Of a stretch of DNA of 40,749 bases, positions 27,695 to 38,252 are shown piece after piece. Source of the DNA: Nocardioidaceae bacterium (GTDB taxonomy: Bacteria; Actinomycetota; Actinomycetes; Propionibacteriales; Nocardioidaceae). Within the stretch, counting starts at the first letter, position 1. Each line of letters begins with the position of its first letter. The position numbers were made by a program, and so were the translations under genes. Location: assembly GCA_033854925.1 (NCBI GenBank), contig JAWWPK010000120.1, positions 1 through 40,749 of the forward strand. Reading direction: 5' to 3'. The notes below the pieces were generated by a model. The model did no database searches. It had not been told where the DNA came from and worked only from the letters and a program-made list of their open reading frames with translations.

Positions 27695-28945
27695 GTGACC
27701 TCACGCGTCCGGCGTACCGTCCTGCCCGGCGGCCTGCGAGTGATCACCGAGCAGCTGGCCGGCGTCCGCTCGGCCAGCATCGGCGTCTGGGTCGGCGTCG
27801 GCTCCCGCGACGAGTCACCGACCCTGCACGGCTGCTCGCACTTCCTCGAGCACCTGCTGTTCAAGGGCACCAGCGAGCGTTCCGCGCTCGACATCTCGAT
27901 CGCACTCGACGCGGTCGGCGGTGAGTTCAACGCCTTCACCGCCAAGGAGTACACCTGCTTCCACGCCCGGGTCCTCGACGACGACCTGGGTCTGGCCGTG
28001 GACGTGCTGGGCGACATGATCACCTCCTCGCTGCTCACGCCGGAGGACGTCGAGGCCGAGCGCGACGTGATCCTCGACGAGATCGCGATGCACGACGACG
28101 ACCCCGACGACGTCGTGCACAACCTGTTCGCCGAGCAGGCCTACGGCCCCGACGCTCCGCTCGGCCGCCCGATCGCCGGCACGGTCGGCTCCATCGAGGC
28201 GCTCACCCGGCCCCAGGTCGCCCGGTTCTACCAGCGCCACTACCGCCCGGCGAACCTCGTGGTGGCCGCGGCCGGCAACCTCGAGCACGCCGAGGTCGTG
28301 AAGATGGTGCGGGCGGCGTTCGGCCGCCGCGGCTGGCTCACGGGTGACGAGCAGCCGGTCGCGCCGCGCAAGGGAGCCAAGCGGGTGCGCGTGCACCCCG
28401 GCCTGGTCGAGGCGACCCGCCCGTTCGAGCAGGTCAACCTCGTGCTCGGCATGGAGGGCGTGAACCGCAACGACGACCGCCGGTTCGCGCTCGGCGTCCT
28501 CAACACCGCGCTCGGTGGAGGCACGTCGTCCCGGCTGTTCCAGGAGGTCCGCGAGCGCCGGGGGCTGGCCTACTCGGTCTTCTCCTTCTCCAGCCACCAC
28601 GCCGACTCGGGCCTGGTCGGAGTCTCGGTCGGGTGCCTGCCCAACAAGCTGGACGAGGTGCTGGCCGTGGTCCGCACCGAGCTCTCCCGGGTCGCCGCGC
28701 ACGGCATCTCCGAGGAGGAGCTGGTCCGCGGCAAGGGCCAGCTGCGTGGGGGACTGGTGCTCGGGCTCGAGGACTCCGGCTCCCGGATGTCGCGGATCGG
28801 CAAAGCCGAGCTCGTCCACGACGAGCTGCTCGGCATCGATGCCGTGATGGACCGGATCGGGTCGGTCACCCTTGACGAGATCCAGTCCGTGGCCAAGCAG
28901 GTCTTCGGCAAGCCCGAGATCCTCGCGGTGGTCGGCCCGTCCTGA
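27695..28945 (+). CDS. M16 (pitrilysin/PqqL-like) zinc peptidase
   Basis: HFLEHLLFKG inverted zincin motif, NAFT and SSRLFQEVRE..GLAY; conserved position after pnp. Confidence 0.95.
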   Translation: MTSRVRRTVLPGGLRVITEQLAGVRSASIGVWVGVGSRDESPTLHGCSHFLEHLLFKGTSERSALDISIALDAVGGEFNAFTAKEYTCFHARVLDDDLGLAVDVLGDMITSSLLTPEDVEAERDVILDEIAMHDDDPDDVVHNLFAEQAYGPDAPLGRPIAGTVGSIEALTRPQVARFYQRHYRPANLVVAAAGNLEHAEVVKMVRAAFGRRGWLTGDEQPVAPRKGAKRVRVHPGLVEATRPFEQVNLVLGMEGVNRNDDRRFALGVLNTALGGGTSSRLFQEVRERRGLAYSVFSFSSHHADSGLVGVSVGCLPNKLDEVLAVVRTELSRVAAHGISEEELVRGKGQLRGGLVLGLEDSGSRMSRIGKAELVHDELLGIDAVMDRIGSVTLDEIQSVAKQVFGKPEILAVVGPS

Positions 28946-28996
28946 TACCCCCGCAAGCTTCGGCCCCGGGCCCACGACGACGCCGATCGCGGGGCG

Positions 28997-29030
28997 CGCT
29001 CGCTTCGCTCGCAACGCTCGCTTCGCTCGC
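28997..29030. repeat. Tandem 16-bp repeat CGCTCGCTTCGCTCGC x2 (REP-like)
   Basis: Exact copies at 28997-29012 and 29015-29030, between convergent genes. Confidence 0.7.
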
Positions 29031-29037
29031 CCGGCGG

Positions 29038-29589
29038 CTAACGACGGACCAGCGCCACCACGCCGACGCAGGCCGCGGCCCAGAGCACGCTGGTGAAGGT
29101 GCCGATGATGAACCGCTCGGTGGTGGCGCCGCCGGCCGCGCTGTCGCCGCGCAGGTCGGGGAAGCGGCCGACGCCTTTGAGCGCCAGCACCACCGCCACC
29201 CCCTCGGGGAAGCCCGCGGCGAGGCCGGCGAAGACGGCCAGCCGCTCCAGCGCGCCGATCCAGGCGCCGCCCTTGAGGATGGCCCCGGCGTTCGTGATCG
29301 AGTCGACCGCCGGCTGACCGCTGTCGACGATCGCGAAGATGCGGGTCGTGAGCGGACCACCGCCGGCCACGGCGAGCAGTCCGGCCACCGCCACCAGGAG
29401 CGTCATCTCGACCCGGTCGGCCGAGAGCTCGTCGGCGAGCGCGGCCACCACTGCGGCCGCGGCCAGCGCCGTCATCGAGACCGGGGGCCAGACCGAGCGG
29501 CCGTAGGGCGACCAGCCGAGGAGGCCTGCCACCAGGGCGAAGCCGAGCAGTGCCAGCACGAGCTGCGTGGTGTTGTCAGGGCTCATCAT
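29038..29589 (-). CDS. Membrane protein, DUF3307/SatE-like
   Basis: Several TM helices, GAWIGALERL, LALKGVGRF and ERFIIGT motifs; ATGA-coupled to the upstream SatD-like gene. Confidence 0.7.
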   Translation of the reverse strand: MMSPDNTTQLVLALLGFALVAGLLGWSPYGRSVWPPVSMTALAAAAVVAALADELSADRVEMTLLVAVAGLLAVAGGGPLTTRIFAIVDSGQPAVDSITNAGAILKGGAWIGALERLAVFAGLAAGFPEGVAVVLALKGVGRFPDLRGDSAAGGATTERFIIGTFTSVLWAAACVGVVALVRR

Positions 29590-30197
29590 TTTTCATCCTG
29601 CAGCAGGCCACCGACGAGCTCGGTGACCAGCTCGCGGGCGCGCCGACCCTCGACGAGTCCGGCCGCCTGGGCGCGCTGGCTGATCGCCGACTGGGTGACG
29701 CCGAGGCGTTTCGCGGCCTGTTCGTACGACGCGCCGCCGTCGACGAGGTCGGCCACCTCCCAGCCGCGCGACGTACGACGATGCAGGACGGCTGCCCAGA
29801 GCCACAGCGTGGTCTCGAGCGCGCGGACGCTCTGTCTGTCGTGGGGGTCGTCGCCGACGACCCGCAGCCGCCAGGGTGCGGACTTGGCGGCGGTCACCGC
29901 CTCGCGGGCGTGGAGGTAGGCGGGGCCGCGGCCGGCGCGGGTGCTCTCGGGGAGCGGGTCGTCGACCTCTCCGATGCCGATGCCGATGCTCCAGCCCTCC
30001 TCGCGCAGCAGCCGCTCGACCACCGCGGCCAGCGCGGCCGGCTGGTCGAGGACGCCCTGGAACTCGTCACCGGCCGTGCGCTCGAAGGGGCGCAGCATCT
30101 CGACGTCGGCCAGCGCGGTCAGGGTGGAGGGGACCCGGTCGGTCGCGGCGTCGCGGGTGGAGCCGCGCTGGTCGATGGTGAGCACGGCGACGCGCAT
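29586..30197 (-). CDS. SatD-like protein: nucleotide-cyclase/palm-like domain plus C-terminal HTH
   Basis: VLTIDQRGS, RTAGDEFQG, SIGIGIG and GPAYLHAREAV motifs; HTH SYEQAAKRLGVTQSAISQR; strong SD GAGGAGG. Confidence 0.8.
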   Translation of the reverse strand: MRVAVLTIDQRGSTRDAATDRVPSTLTALADVEMLRPFERTAGDEFQGVLDQPAALAAVVERLLREEGWSIGIGIGEVDDPLPESTRAGRGPAYLHAREAVTAAKSAPWRLRVVGDDPHDRQSVRALETTLWLWAAVLHRRTSRGWEVADLVDGGASYEQAAKRLGVTQSAISQRAQAAGLVEGRRARELVTELVGGLLQDEK

Positions 30198-30211
30198 CGG
30201 TCCCTCCTCAA

Positions 30212-30282
30212 ATCAGACTCTGTTCTGAAGTGAGACTATATGAGGAAATAACCTAATGTCGAGGCAGTTCAGGAAAAACCCT

Positions 30283-30285
<3 letters not shown>
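30212..30285 (-). promoter_or_regulatory. satD-like promoter with three phased 18-bp imperfect palindromes
   Basis: Palindromes start at 30212, 30240 and 30268 (28-bp period). On the minus strand, -10 TATAGT (30235-30240) and -35-like TCGACA (30257-30262). Confidence 0.6.
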
Positions 30286-31614
<1,329 letters not shown>

Positions 31615-31740
31615 GCGAACCGGCGGGTTCCGGCACTCCCGAAACCCTGCGAGAAACCTTGCCACCTCTCGTAACCCCGCTTGGGCGCCGTTCGTTGTGA
31701 CTCGCCCGACTCGGGGCGTGTGAGGAAGAAGAGGTTGACC

Positions 31741-33363
31741 ATGTACAAACGCTCAACTCGGGCTTGGAGCGTCGCCACCGTGGTGCTCCTTGCCGCTGGG
31801 GTGCTCGGCACCCAGGGTCCCAGTGCCGCGGCCGGGACCAGGACCGCAGACCGGTCCGACAAGGTCGTCGCCGGCGCAGCCACCGCGCTGCGGCAGCACT
31901 CGACGGAGCTCCGGCTGACCAAGGGCCAGTCGTTCCGCGCCACCGACACCATCCTCGACCGGTCCGGTGCGACCCATGTCCGGATGGCCCGGACCTACCG
32001 GGGCCTCCCGGTCCTGGGCGGCGACCTGGTCGTGCACCAGGCGGCCGACGGCTCCTGGGCCGGCGTCAGCCGGACCCTCACCGCACCGCTGCGGATGAGC
32101 ACCACGCCCCGGTTGTCGAAGGCCGCGGCGCAGGCGCGCGCCACCCGGCTCACCAAGGCCACCCGCGGCATCAGCCAGCTCAAGGCCCAGGGCGCCCCGC
32201 GCCTGGTCGTCGACGCCATCGGCCACCGGCCCCGCCTCGCGTGGGCGGTCACCACGGGTGGTCGGCGCGCGGACGGTACGCCGAGCCGGCTGACGTCGTA
32301 CGTCGACGCCCGGTCCGGCCACGTGCTCCGTCGCGAGGAGCGGGTCGAGACCGTCGACGGGTCCGGCCAGAGCCTCTACAGCGGCACCGTCCCGCTGAAG
32401 CTCACCCAGTCCGGGTCCACCTACCAGCTGAAGGACCCGACGCGCGGCAACACCTACACGACCGATCTCAACAACAAGACCGACTCCTACCTGTGCCAGC
32501 TCTTCGGCTACGGGTGCCAGACCGGGACCATGTTCACCAGCTCGACCACGAGCTTCGGCAACGGGACGACGAGCAACCGGGCCTCGGCCGGGGTCGATGC
32601 GCAGTACGGCACCAACATGACCTGGGACTACTACAACCAGGTGCACGGCCGGAACGGCATCTTCGGCAACGGCACCGGCTCCTACAACCGCACCCACTAC
32701 GGCTCGAACTACGTCAACGCGTTCTGGGACGGCACCAAGATGACCTACGGCGACGGCGACGGGGTCAACTACGGACCGCTCGTCTCGCTCGACGTGGCCG
32801 GTCACGAGATGTCGCACGGCGTCACGGAGAACACCGCGGGGCTGACCTACTCCGGTGAGTCCGGCGGCCTGAACGAGGCCACCTCGGACATCTTCGGGAC
32901 GATGGTGGAGTTCTTCGCCGCCAACCCGAACGACCCCGGTGACTACCTCATCGGCGAGGAGTTCGACCTGAAGAACCACGCCGGGTTCCGCCGCATGGAC
33001 AACCCGATCGCGGACGGCAGCTCGCCGAACTGCTACAGCACCAACACCAAGAACCTCGACGTGCACTACTCGTCGGGCGTCGCCAACCACTTCTTCTACC
33101 TGCTGGCCGAGGGCTCGGGGGCGAAGACGATCAACGGCGTCGCCCACAACTCGCCGACCTGCAACGGGTCGACGATCACCGGCATCGGCCGGGACGCCGC
33201 CCAGAGGATCTGGTTCCGGGCGCTGACGGTCTACATGACCTCGGGTACGACGTACTCGCAGGCCCGGACCGCCACGCTGAACGCCGCGGGGGACCTCTAC
33301 GGCACCGGCTCCACGAACTACAACACCGTGGCCGCCGCCTGGAGTGCCGTCAGCGTCAGCTGA
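31741..33363 (+). CDS. Secreted M4 (thermolysin/griselysin-like) metalloprotease preproprotein
   Basis: Signal peptide, FTP/PepSY-like propeptide, and NAFW, HEMSH, GGLNEATSD and DVHYSSG motifs. Confidence 0.95.
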   Translation: MYKRSTRAWSVATVVLLAAGVLGTQGPSAAAGTRTADRSDKVVAGAATALRQHSTELRLTKGQSFRATDTILDRSGATHVRMARTYRGLPVLGGDLVVHQAADGSWAGVSRTLTAPLRMSTTPRLSKAAAQARATRLTKATRGISQLKAQGAPRLVVDAIGHRPRLAWAVTTGGRRADGTPSRLTSYVDARSGHVLRREERVETVDGSGQSLYSGTVPLKLTQSGSTYQLKDPTRGNTYTTDLNNKTDSYLCQLFGYGCQTGTMFTSSTTSFGNGTTSNRASAGVDAQYGTNMTWDYYNQVHGRNGIFGNGTGSYNRTHYGSNYVNAFWDGTKMTYGDGDGVNYGPLVSLDVAGHEMSHGVTENTAGLTYSGESGGLNEATSDIFGTMVEFFAANPNDPGDYLIGEEFDLKNHAGFRRMDNPIADGSSPNCYSTNTKNLDVHYSSGVANHFFYLLAEGSGAKTINGVAHNSPTCNGSTITGIGRDAAQRIWFRALTVYMTSGTTYSQARTATLNAAGDLYGTGSTNYNTVAAAWSAVSVS

Positions 33364-33419
33364 CCCTCGAGAAACACCGTTCGCGTCGGACGGAAACGAC
33401 GCGGCCGGTCTGAAAAGGG

Positions 33420-33451
33420 GGCCCGCACCGGTTCGCCGGTGCGGGCCTTCT
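33420..33451. terminator. Probable bidirectional terminator
   Basis: 12-bp stem GGCCCGCACCGG/CCGGTGCGGGCC with a TTCG loop, between convergent genes and flanked by AAAA and TTCT. Confidence 0.8.
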
Positions 33452-33461
33452 GCGGGTTCGC

Positions 33462-34016
33462 TCAGGCGAGCCGGGTGTGCAGCCGGACCTGCTTGACCCG
33501 GGTCGCGCCGGTCCCGTCGAGGTCGAGCTCGCGGTGCGCCGAGTCGGCGCCCCACCCGGCGTCGGTCAGGAAGGACAGCAGGGCATCGTCTCCGGCGACC
33601 ACCCAGGTCACCGCGTGACTGAACCGGTCCGCGGCCATGGTGTCGGCGGCCGCCTGCAGCAGCCGCGAGCCGTGGCCCTTGCCCCGCTCATCGGGGTCGA
33701 CCGCCAGCTCCCGGAGCTCGGCATCGCCCACCGGGTCGCGGTCGGGGTCGGCGGCCGGTCCGATGATCGCGAAGCCGACCACGCGGTTGCGTTCGAGCGC
33801 GACGAGCACCCGGTTGCGGGCGTCGCCGGGCTTGTCGAACGACGCCCGCCACGCTTCGGCCGCGCCCTGCTCGGCCTCCGGTCCGGACGGGATCGCCTCG
33901 GCCGGCACCAGGTCGCCGTACAGCGTCGGCCAGGCGCGCAGCTGCACCCGCGCGATCGCCCCGGCGTCGTCGGCCCAGGCGACCCGGACGGAGACGTCGG
34001 CACCGGGGGAGCTCAT
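33462..34016 (-). CDS. GNAT-family N-acetyltransferase
   Basis: VVGFA and LAVDPDERGKGHGSRLL (acetyl-CoA motif A). Confidence 0.9.
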   Translation of the reverse strand: MSSPGADVSVRVAWADDAGAIARVQLRAWPTLYGDLVPAEAIPSGPEAEQGAAEAWRASFDKPGDARNRVLVALERNRVVGFAIIGPAADPDRDPVGDAELRELAVDPDERGKGHGSRLLQAAADTMAADRFSHAVTWVVAGDDALLSFLTDAGWGADSAHRELDLDGTGATRVKQVRLHTRLA

Positions 34017-34050
34017 GCCGGCATCCTCTCAGCCCCTTGCCGCCGTCAGG

Positions 34051-35391
34051 TCATGCGCTGACCAGCTCGCCCGGCCGGACGTCGACCTCGACCCACGGCT
34101 CATCCAGGTCGCGTCCCCGGGTCTCGGGCAGCAGGTGCGCACAGGTCAGGCTCAGCGCGGCCACCGCCACGGCGTACGTCGCGACGAGCCACAGGCTGCC
34201 ATCGCCCCGGGAGACCAGCCAGGCCGCGATCAGCGGCGTCAGCCCGGACGCCACCACTCCCGAGACCTGGTAGAGGGTGCTGAGCGCGGAGTAGCGGTAG
34301 CGGGTGTCGAAGAGCTCCGACCACCACGCCGCGAGAGGGCCGTAGATGAGGCCGTAGAGGACGCCGAGGCCGACGACGAAGGTGGTGAAGATCGCCCAGC
34401 GGTCCTCGGTCTGGAGCAGCGCCGCGGCCGGGAAGGCGAACAGCAGTGCCAGCCAGGCGCCGAGCCGGTAGACCGGCTTGCGTCCGACCCGGTCCGAGAC
34501 GGCGCCGGAGCCCAGCACCAGCAGCACGCCGAGGAAGGCGCCGACCAGGATGCCGTCGAGGGCCCACGTCTTGGGCAGCTCGAGGTTGGTGACGACGTAG
34601 GCAAGGAAGTAGACCGAGAACAGGTTGTAGGTGAAGCCCTCGACGAAGCGGGTGCCCATCCCGAGCAACAGCGCGCGCGGCTGCGCCGCGAGCAGGTCAC
34701 GGACCGGGACCGACGCGATCTCCTTGCGGCGCTGCACCTCCTTGAACGCCGGCGTCTCCATCACGCTGAGCCGGATGTAGGCGCCGATCGCCAACAGCAC
34801 GACGCTGAGCAGGAAGCAGAGCCGCCAACCCCACGCCAGGAAGGCATCCTCGGGTAGCAGCCCGGCGATCGAGAACGCGCCTGCGGCGAGGAAGAGGCCG
34901 CCGGGCACACCGACGTGCGCGAAGCTGCCGAAGAAGCCACGTCGACCCGGCGGCGCGTACTCGACCGCCAGCAGCACCGCGCCGCCGTACTCGCCGCCGA
35001 CGCCGATGCCCTGCAGGATCCGGAGCACGACCAGGAGCACCGGAGCCCAGATGCCGATGGAGTCGTAGGACGGCAGCAGTCCGATCAGCGCCGTGCCGAC
35101 GCCCATGATCAACAGCGTCATGAGCAGCATCTGCTTCCGGCCGATCCGGTCGCCGAAGTGGCCGAACAGCAGTCCGCCGACCGGTCGGGCGAGGAAGCCC
35201 ACCGCGAAGGTGCCGAACGCCGCGAACTGTGCGGCGGGACCGTCGAGGCCGTTGAAGTAGAGCTTGTCGAAGACCAGGCCCGCGGCCGTGCCGTAGAGGA
35301 AGAAGTCGTACCACTCGATCGTGGCACCCACGGCGGAGGCCAGGGCCACCTTCCGCGGAGTCGGTGGGGAGGGCGTCGTGGTGTCAGTCAT
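34051..35391 (-). CDS. MFS transporter, metabolite:H+ symporter (ShiA/ProP-like)
   Basis: IEWYDFFLY, GDRIGRK, QGIGVGGEYGG, ETPAF and PET motifs. Confidence 0.93.
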   Translation of the reverse strand: MTDTTTPSPPTPRKVALASAVGATIEWYDFFLYGTAAGLVFDKLYFNGLDGPAAQFAAFGTFAVGFLARPVGGLLFGHFGDRIGRKQMLLMTLLIMGVGTALIGLLPSYDSIGIWAPVLLVVLRILQGIGVGGEYGGAVLLAVEYAPPGRRGFFGSFAHVGVPGGLFLAAGAFSIAGLLPEDAFLAWGWRLCFLLSVVLLAIGAYIRLSVMETPAFKEVQRRKEIASVPVRDLLAAQPRALLLGMGTRFVEGFTYNLFSVYFLAYVVTNLELPKTWALDGILVGAFLGVLLVLGSGAVSDRVGRKPVYRLGAWLALLFAFPAAALLQTEDRWAIFTTFVVGLGVLYGLIYGPLAAWWSELFDTRYRYSALSTLYQVSGVVASGLTPLIAAWLVSRGDGSLWLVATYAVAVAALSLTCAHLLPETRGRDLDEPWVEVDVRPGELVSA

Positions 35392-35562
35392 GTCCGTCCT
35401 TCAGCATCGCTTCCGAGTAAGTCGATCTATTCACTCTGCATTGAGACGTACCCCGATGCACATTCGTGGACACCCTGAACTACCGACGTGGTGATAGGCC
35501 TGACCTCGCACCGGGCCGCAGCACCGCGGCATCAGGGGACGTCGTCTACGGGGACGCGTCGT

Positions 35563-36390
35563 TCAACGAGTGGCCGAGGAAGCGCGACTTCTGGACGTAC
35601 CTCTGACTCCGAGCACCGCCGCGCCACCCGTCGAGAGCAGCAGCCCGAGCGTCACCGCTGGCCACCAGCCGTCGCGCACGCCGTCGCCGAGGAGGGCGAC
35701 GCCGACGGCGGCCGGCACGAAGGTCTGCGCCACGATCAACGAGGCCGTGGTGGACGGCACCGCGGCGCGGTGCATGCCGAGGGAGTAGAGCCAGAACGCC
35801 AACAGGCCGAACACCGGCACCGCGAGCGCGGCGGCGACGACGGCGCTGTCGACGGGGGTGCCGATGCCGCGGACAGACACCGCGGATCCGGCGTACCCCA
35901 GCCCCGCGAGCACGCCGAGCACCGGCCCGGCGAGCCTCCGGCCGATCGCCGAGGCGACGGCCAGGGCGACCACCCCGGTCCACAGCAGGACCACGAACCG
36001 GGTCGTGGTCACGGTCTCGCCCGGCTTGCCGGCGCCCAGGGAGAGCAGCACCAGCCCCGCGGTCACCACGGCGACGGCCACCCAACCGACGCGGTGCAGT
36101 GCGTCCTCGACGCGGTGCGACACCAGGGCGGTCACCGGTAACGACATGGCGACCAGCGCCTGGGCGAGATACAGCGGCAGCAGCCAGATCGCGGTGGCGT
36201 GCAGCACGAACCCGACGAGGTACGCCGCCACGACGAGCATGGTGCGGCCGTCGCGGACCGACCGGGTGACGAAGCCCCACAGGCCGTCGGGTGACGACTC
36301 GAACCCGCGAACGGCCTGCGCCTGCACGACGGCGGCGACTCCGAAGACCGCCGCGGACACGAGACCCACGGCGACCCCGAGCAGGCTCAT
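35563..36390 (-). CDS. DMT/EamA-like multi-pass membrane protein
   Basis: About nine hydrophobic segments and an LPLYLAQ motif; 4-nt overlap with the DUF3043 gene. Confidence 0.7.
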   Translation of the reverse strand: MSLLGVAVGLVSAAVFGVAAVVQAQAVRGFESSPDGLWGFVTRSVRDGRTMLVVAAYLVGFVLHATAIWLLPLYLAQALVAMSLPVTALVSHRVEDALHRVGWVAVAVVTAGLVLLSLGAGKPGETVTTTRFVVLLWTGVVALAVASAIGRRLAGPVLGVLAGLGYAGSAVSVRGIGTPVDSAVVAAALAVPVFGLLAFWLYSLGMHRAAVPSTTASLIVAQTFVPAAVGVALLGDGVRDGWWPAVTLGLLLSTGGAAVLGVRGTSRSRASSATR

Positions 36391-36971
36391 CGGTAGTGCT
36401 CGGGGAGCTCCTGACCGATCTTCACCTTCGGCTTGGGAAGACGCATGAACTTCATCTGCATCGCGCGGGTGACCGCGTAGTACGTCGTGCCCTTGACCGA
36501 CTCGTCGGGGAACCGCGCTCCGAGCTGGCGACGCAGGCGGAACCGCAGCATCGCCATGTCGAGCATCACGAGCAGGATCGAGCCGAACAGGACCGAGTTG
36601 CCGATGCTCCGGAGAGTGGAGTTGCCCGAGTAGCCGAAGATCATCGTGACCACCAGCAGCGGGATGATCAGCTCGATGAAGCTGAACCGGCTGTCCACGA
36701 AGTCGCGGATGAAGCGCCGGACCGGGCCCTTGTCGCGGGCGAGGAGGTACTTCTCCTCGCCGTTCCGCATGCCCTGGCGCACCCGCTGGCTCGACTCGCC
36801 CTTGGTGGAGCGCTGGGCCGCGGCCTGACCGCGTTTGGTGCGCGGCGGCTTGGCCCGGGCCTTGGCCGCGGCCTCAGCCTCCTTGCGGCTCGGCGTCGGG
36901 CGCCCCTTGCCGGACGGCCTGGACTCATCCACCGGCGGGGTGGCGACTTCTTCTCTGGTACGACGGAACAC
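36387..36971 (-). CDS. DUF3043 family membrane protein
   Basis: GKGRPTPSRKEAE, RDKGPVRRFIRDFVD and MRLPKPKV motifs. Start placed at GTG 36971. Confidence 0.88.
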   Translation of the reverse strand: MFRRTREEVATPPVDESRPSGKGRPTPSRKEAEAAAKARAKPPRTKRGQAAAQRSTKGESSQRVRQGMRNGEEKYLLARDKGPVRRFIRDFVDSRFSFIELIIPLLVVTMIFGYSGNSTLRSIGNSVLFGSILLVMLDMAMLRFRLRRQLGARFPDESVKGTTYYAVTRAMQMKFMRLPKPKVKIGQELPEHYR

Positions 36972-37100
36972 GTGGGCCTTCGGCGTGGGTCTGTCAGATG
37001 AGCGGGGCGTCACCGAGCCTACCGGCGCCTTGCCGTACCGCCGTAGGGTGAGGTCACCAAGCAGCCTGAGTGAGTGCACGGAGAGAGAGACCCGCCCGCA

Positions 37101-37937
37101 ATGAGCCTGATGAAGCGCATCAGCCTGATCTTCCGGTCGAAGGCCAACAAGGCACTCGACCGCGCCGAGGACCCGCGCGAGACCCTCGACTACAGCTACC
37201 AGCGCCAGCTGGACCTGCTGTCCAAGGTGCGCCGGGGCGTGGCCGACGTGGCCACCAGCCGCAAGCGCGTCGAGCTCCAGGTCAACCAGCTCGACCAGTC
37301 CGCGGCGAAGCTTCAGGCGCAGGCCGAGAAGTCGCTGGAGATGAACCGAGAGGACCTCGCCCGCGAGGCCCTGACCCGCAAGTCTGCCCTGGCCGGCCAG
37401 ATCACCGACCTCAAGGCCCAGCACGCGCAGCTGCTGGGCGAGGAGGAGAAGCTGACGCTGGCCCAGCAGCGGCTGCAGGCGAAGGTCGAGTCCTTCCGGA
37501 CCCGCAAGGAGACGATCAAGGCGACCTACACCGCGGCCGAGGCCCAGACCCGGATCAACGAGGCGATGTCGGGCATCGGCGAGGAGATGGGCGACGTCGG
37601 GCTGGCGATCCAGCGGGCCGAGGACAAGACCGCGCAGATGCAGGCCCGGGCCGGCGCGATCGACGAGCTGATCGCCTCTGGCGCCCTCGACGACGTCAGC
37701 CAGGTCAACAACGGCGACGACATCACGCGCGAGCTCGAGGCGATGAGCTCCCAGGCGGACGTCGAGGCCGAGCTGGCCCGGCTCAAGGGCCTCTCCGCCC
37801 CGGACCAGCCGGACGCCATCGAGGCCGCGCACGAGGGCGAGATCCTCGACACCGAGCCGGCGAAGCAGGAGTCGACCCCGGACGCGACCTCCGACGCGAC
37901 CTCCGACGCGACCTCCGACGCGACCAAGGACGCCTAG
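37101..37937 (+). CDS. pspA: PspA/IM30 family (ESCRT-III-like) protein
   Basis: ANKALDRAEDPRETLD, long coiled coil, REDLAREAL and ARAGAIDEL. Start placed at ATG 37101. Confidence 0.93.
   Translation: MSLMKRISLIFRSKANKALDRAEDPRETLDYSYQRQLDLLSKVRRGVADVATSRKRVELQVNQLDQSAAKLQAQAEKSLEMNREDLAREALTRKSALAGQITDLKAQHAQLLGEEEKLTLAQQRLQAKVESFRTRKETIKATYTAAEAQTRINEAMSGIGEEMGDVGLAIQRAEDKTAQMQARAGAIDELIASGALDDVSQVNNGDDITRELEAMSSQADVEAELARLKGLSAPDQPDAIEAAHEGEILDTEPAKQESTPDATSDATSDATSDATKDA
37881..37925 (+). repeat. 12-bp in-frame tandem repeat (GACGCGACCTCC) x3.75 encoding DATS repeats
   Basis: Exact copies at 37881, 37893 and 37905, and a partial copy at 37917. Confidence 0.9.
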
Positions 37938-37939
37938 CC

Positions 37940-38218
37940 GTGATCATCCGGATCCTCGGCGAGGGGCAGTACGACGTCGCGGACCACGCGCTGGACCGGC
38001 TCAACGAGCTCGACACCGTCCTCGAGGGTGCTGTCGAAGCCGGCGACGAGGAGGCGTTCGCCGCCGCGCTCACCGAGCTGCTCGGCGGCGTACGCACGGC
38101 CGGGGTCGCCCACCCCACCGACAGCCTCGACGAGTCCGACCTGATCCTCCCGCCGTCCGACGCCACCATCGACGAGGTCCGCGAGATGCTCAACGAGGAC
38201 GGTCTGATCCCGGGCTGA
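37940..38218 (+). CDS. PspA-associated protein PspAA
   Basis: MIIRILGEGQY...SDLILPP...EDGLIPG, 92 aa, directly after pspA. It is the C-terminal part of track ORF 37070..38218. Confidence 0.82.
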   Translation: MIIRILGEGQYDVADHALDRLNELDTVLEGAVEAGDEEAFAAALTELLGGVRTAGVAHPTDSLDESDLILPPSDATIDEVREMLNEDGLIPG

Positions 38219-38252
38219 CGTCACGCTTGGACCGCCGCGACACACTGGACTC

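Noticed and set aside
35392-35562. Lower-GC intergenic region upstream of the MFS gene as a possible riboswitch or sRNA
   Set aside because: I could not identify a convincing stem or known aptamer consensus by eye; it is probably just a promoter. An Rfam scan would settle it.
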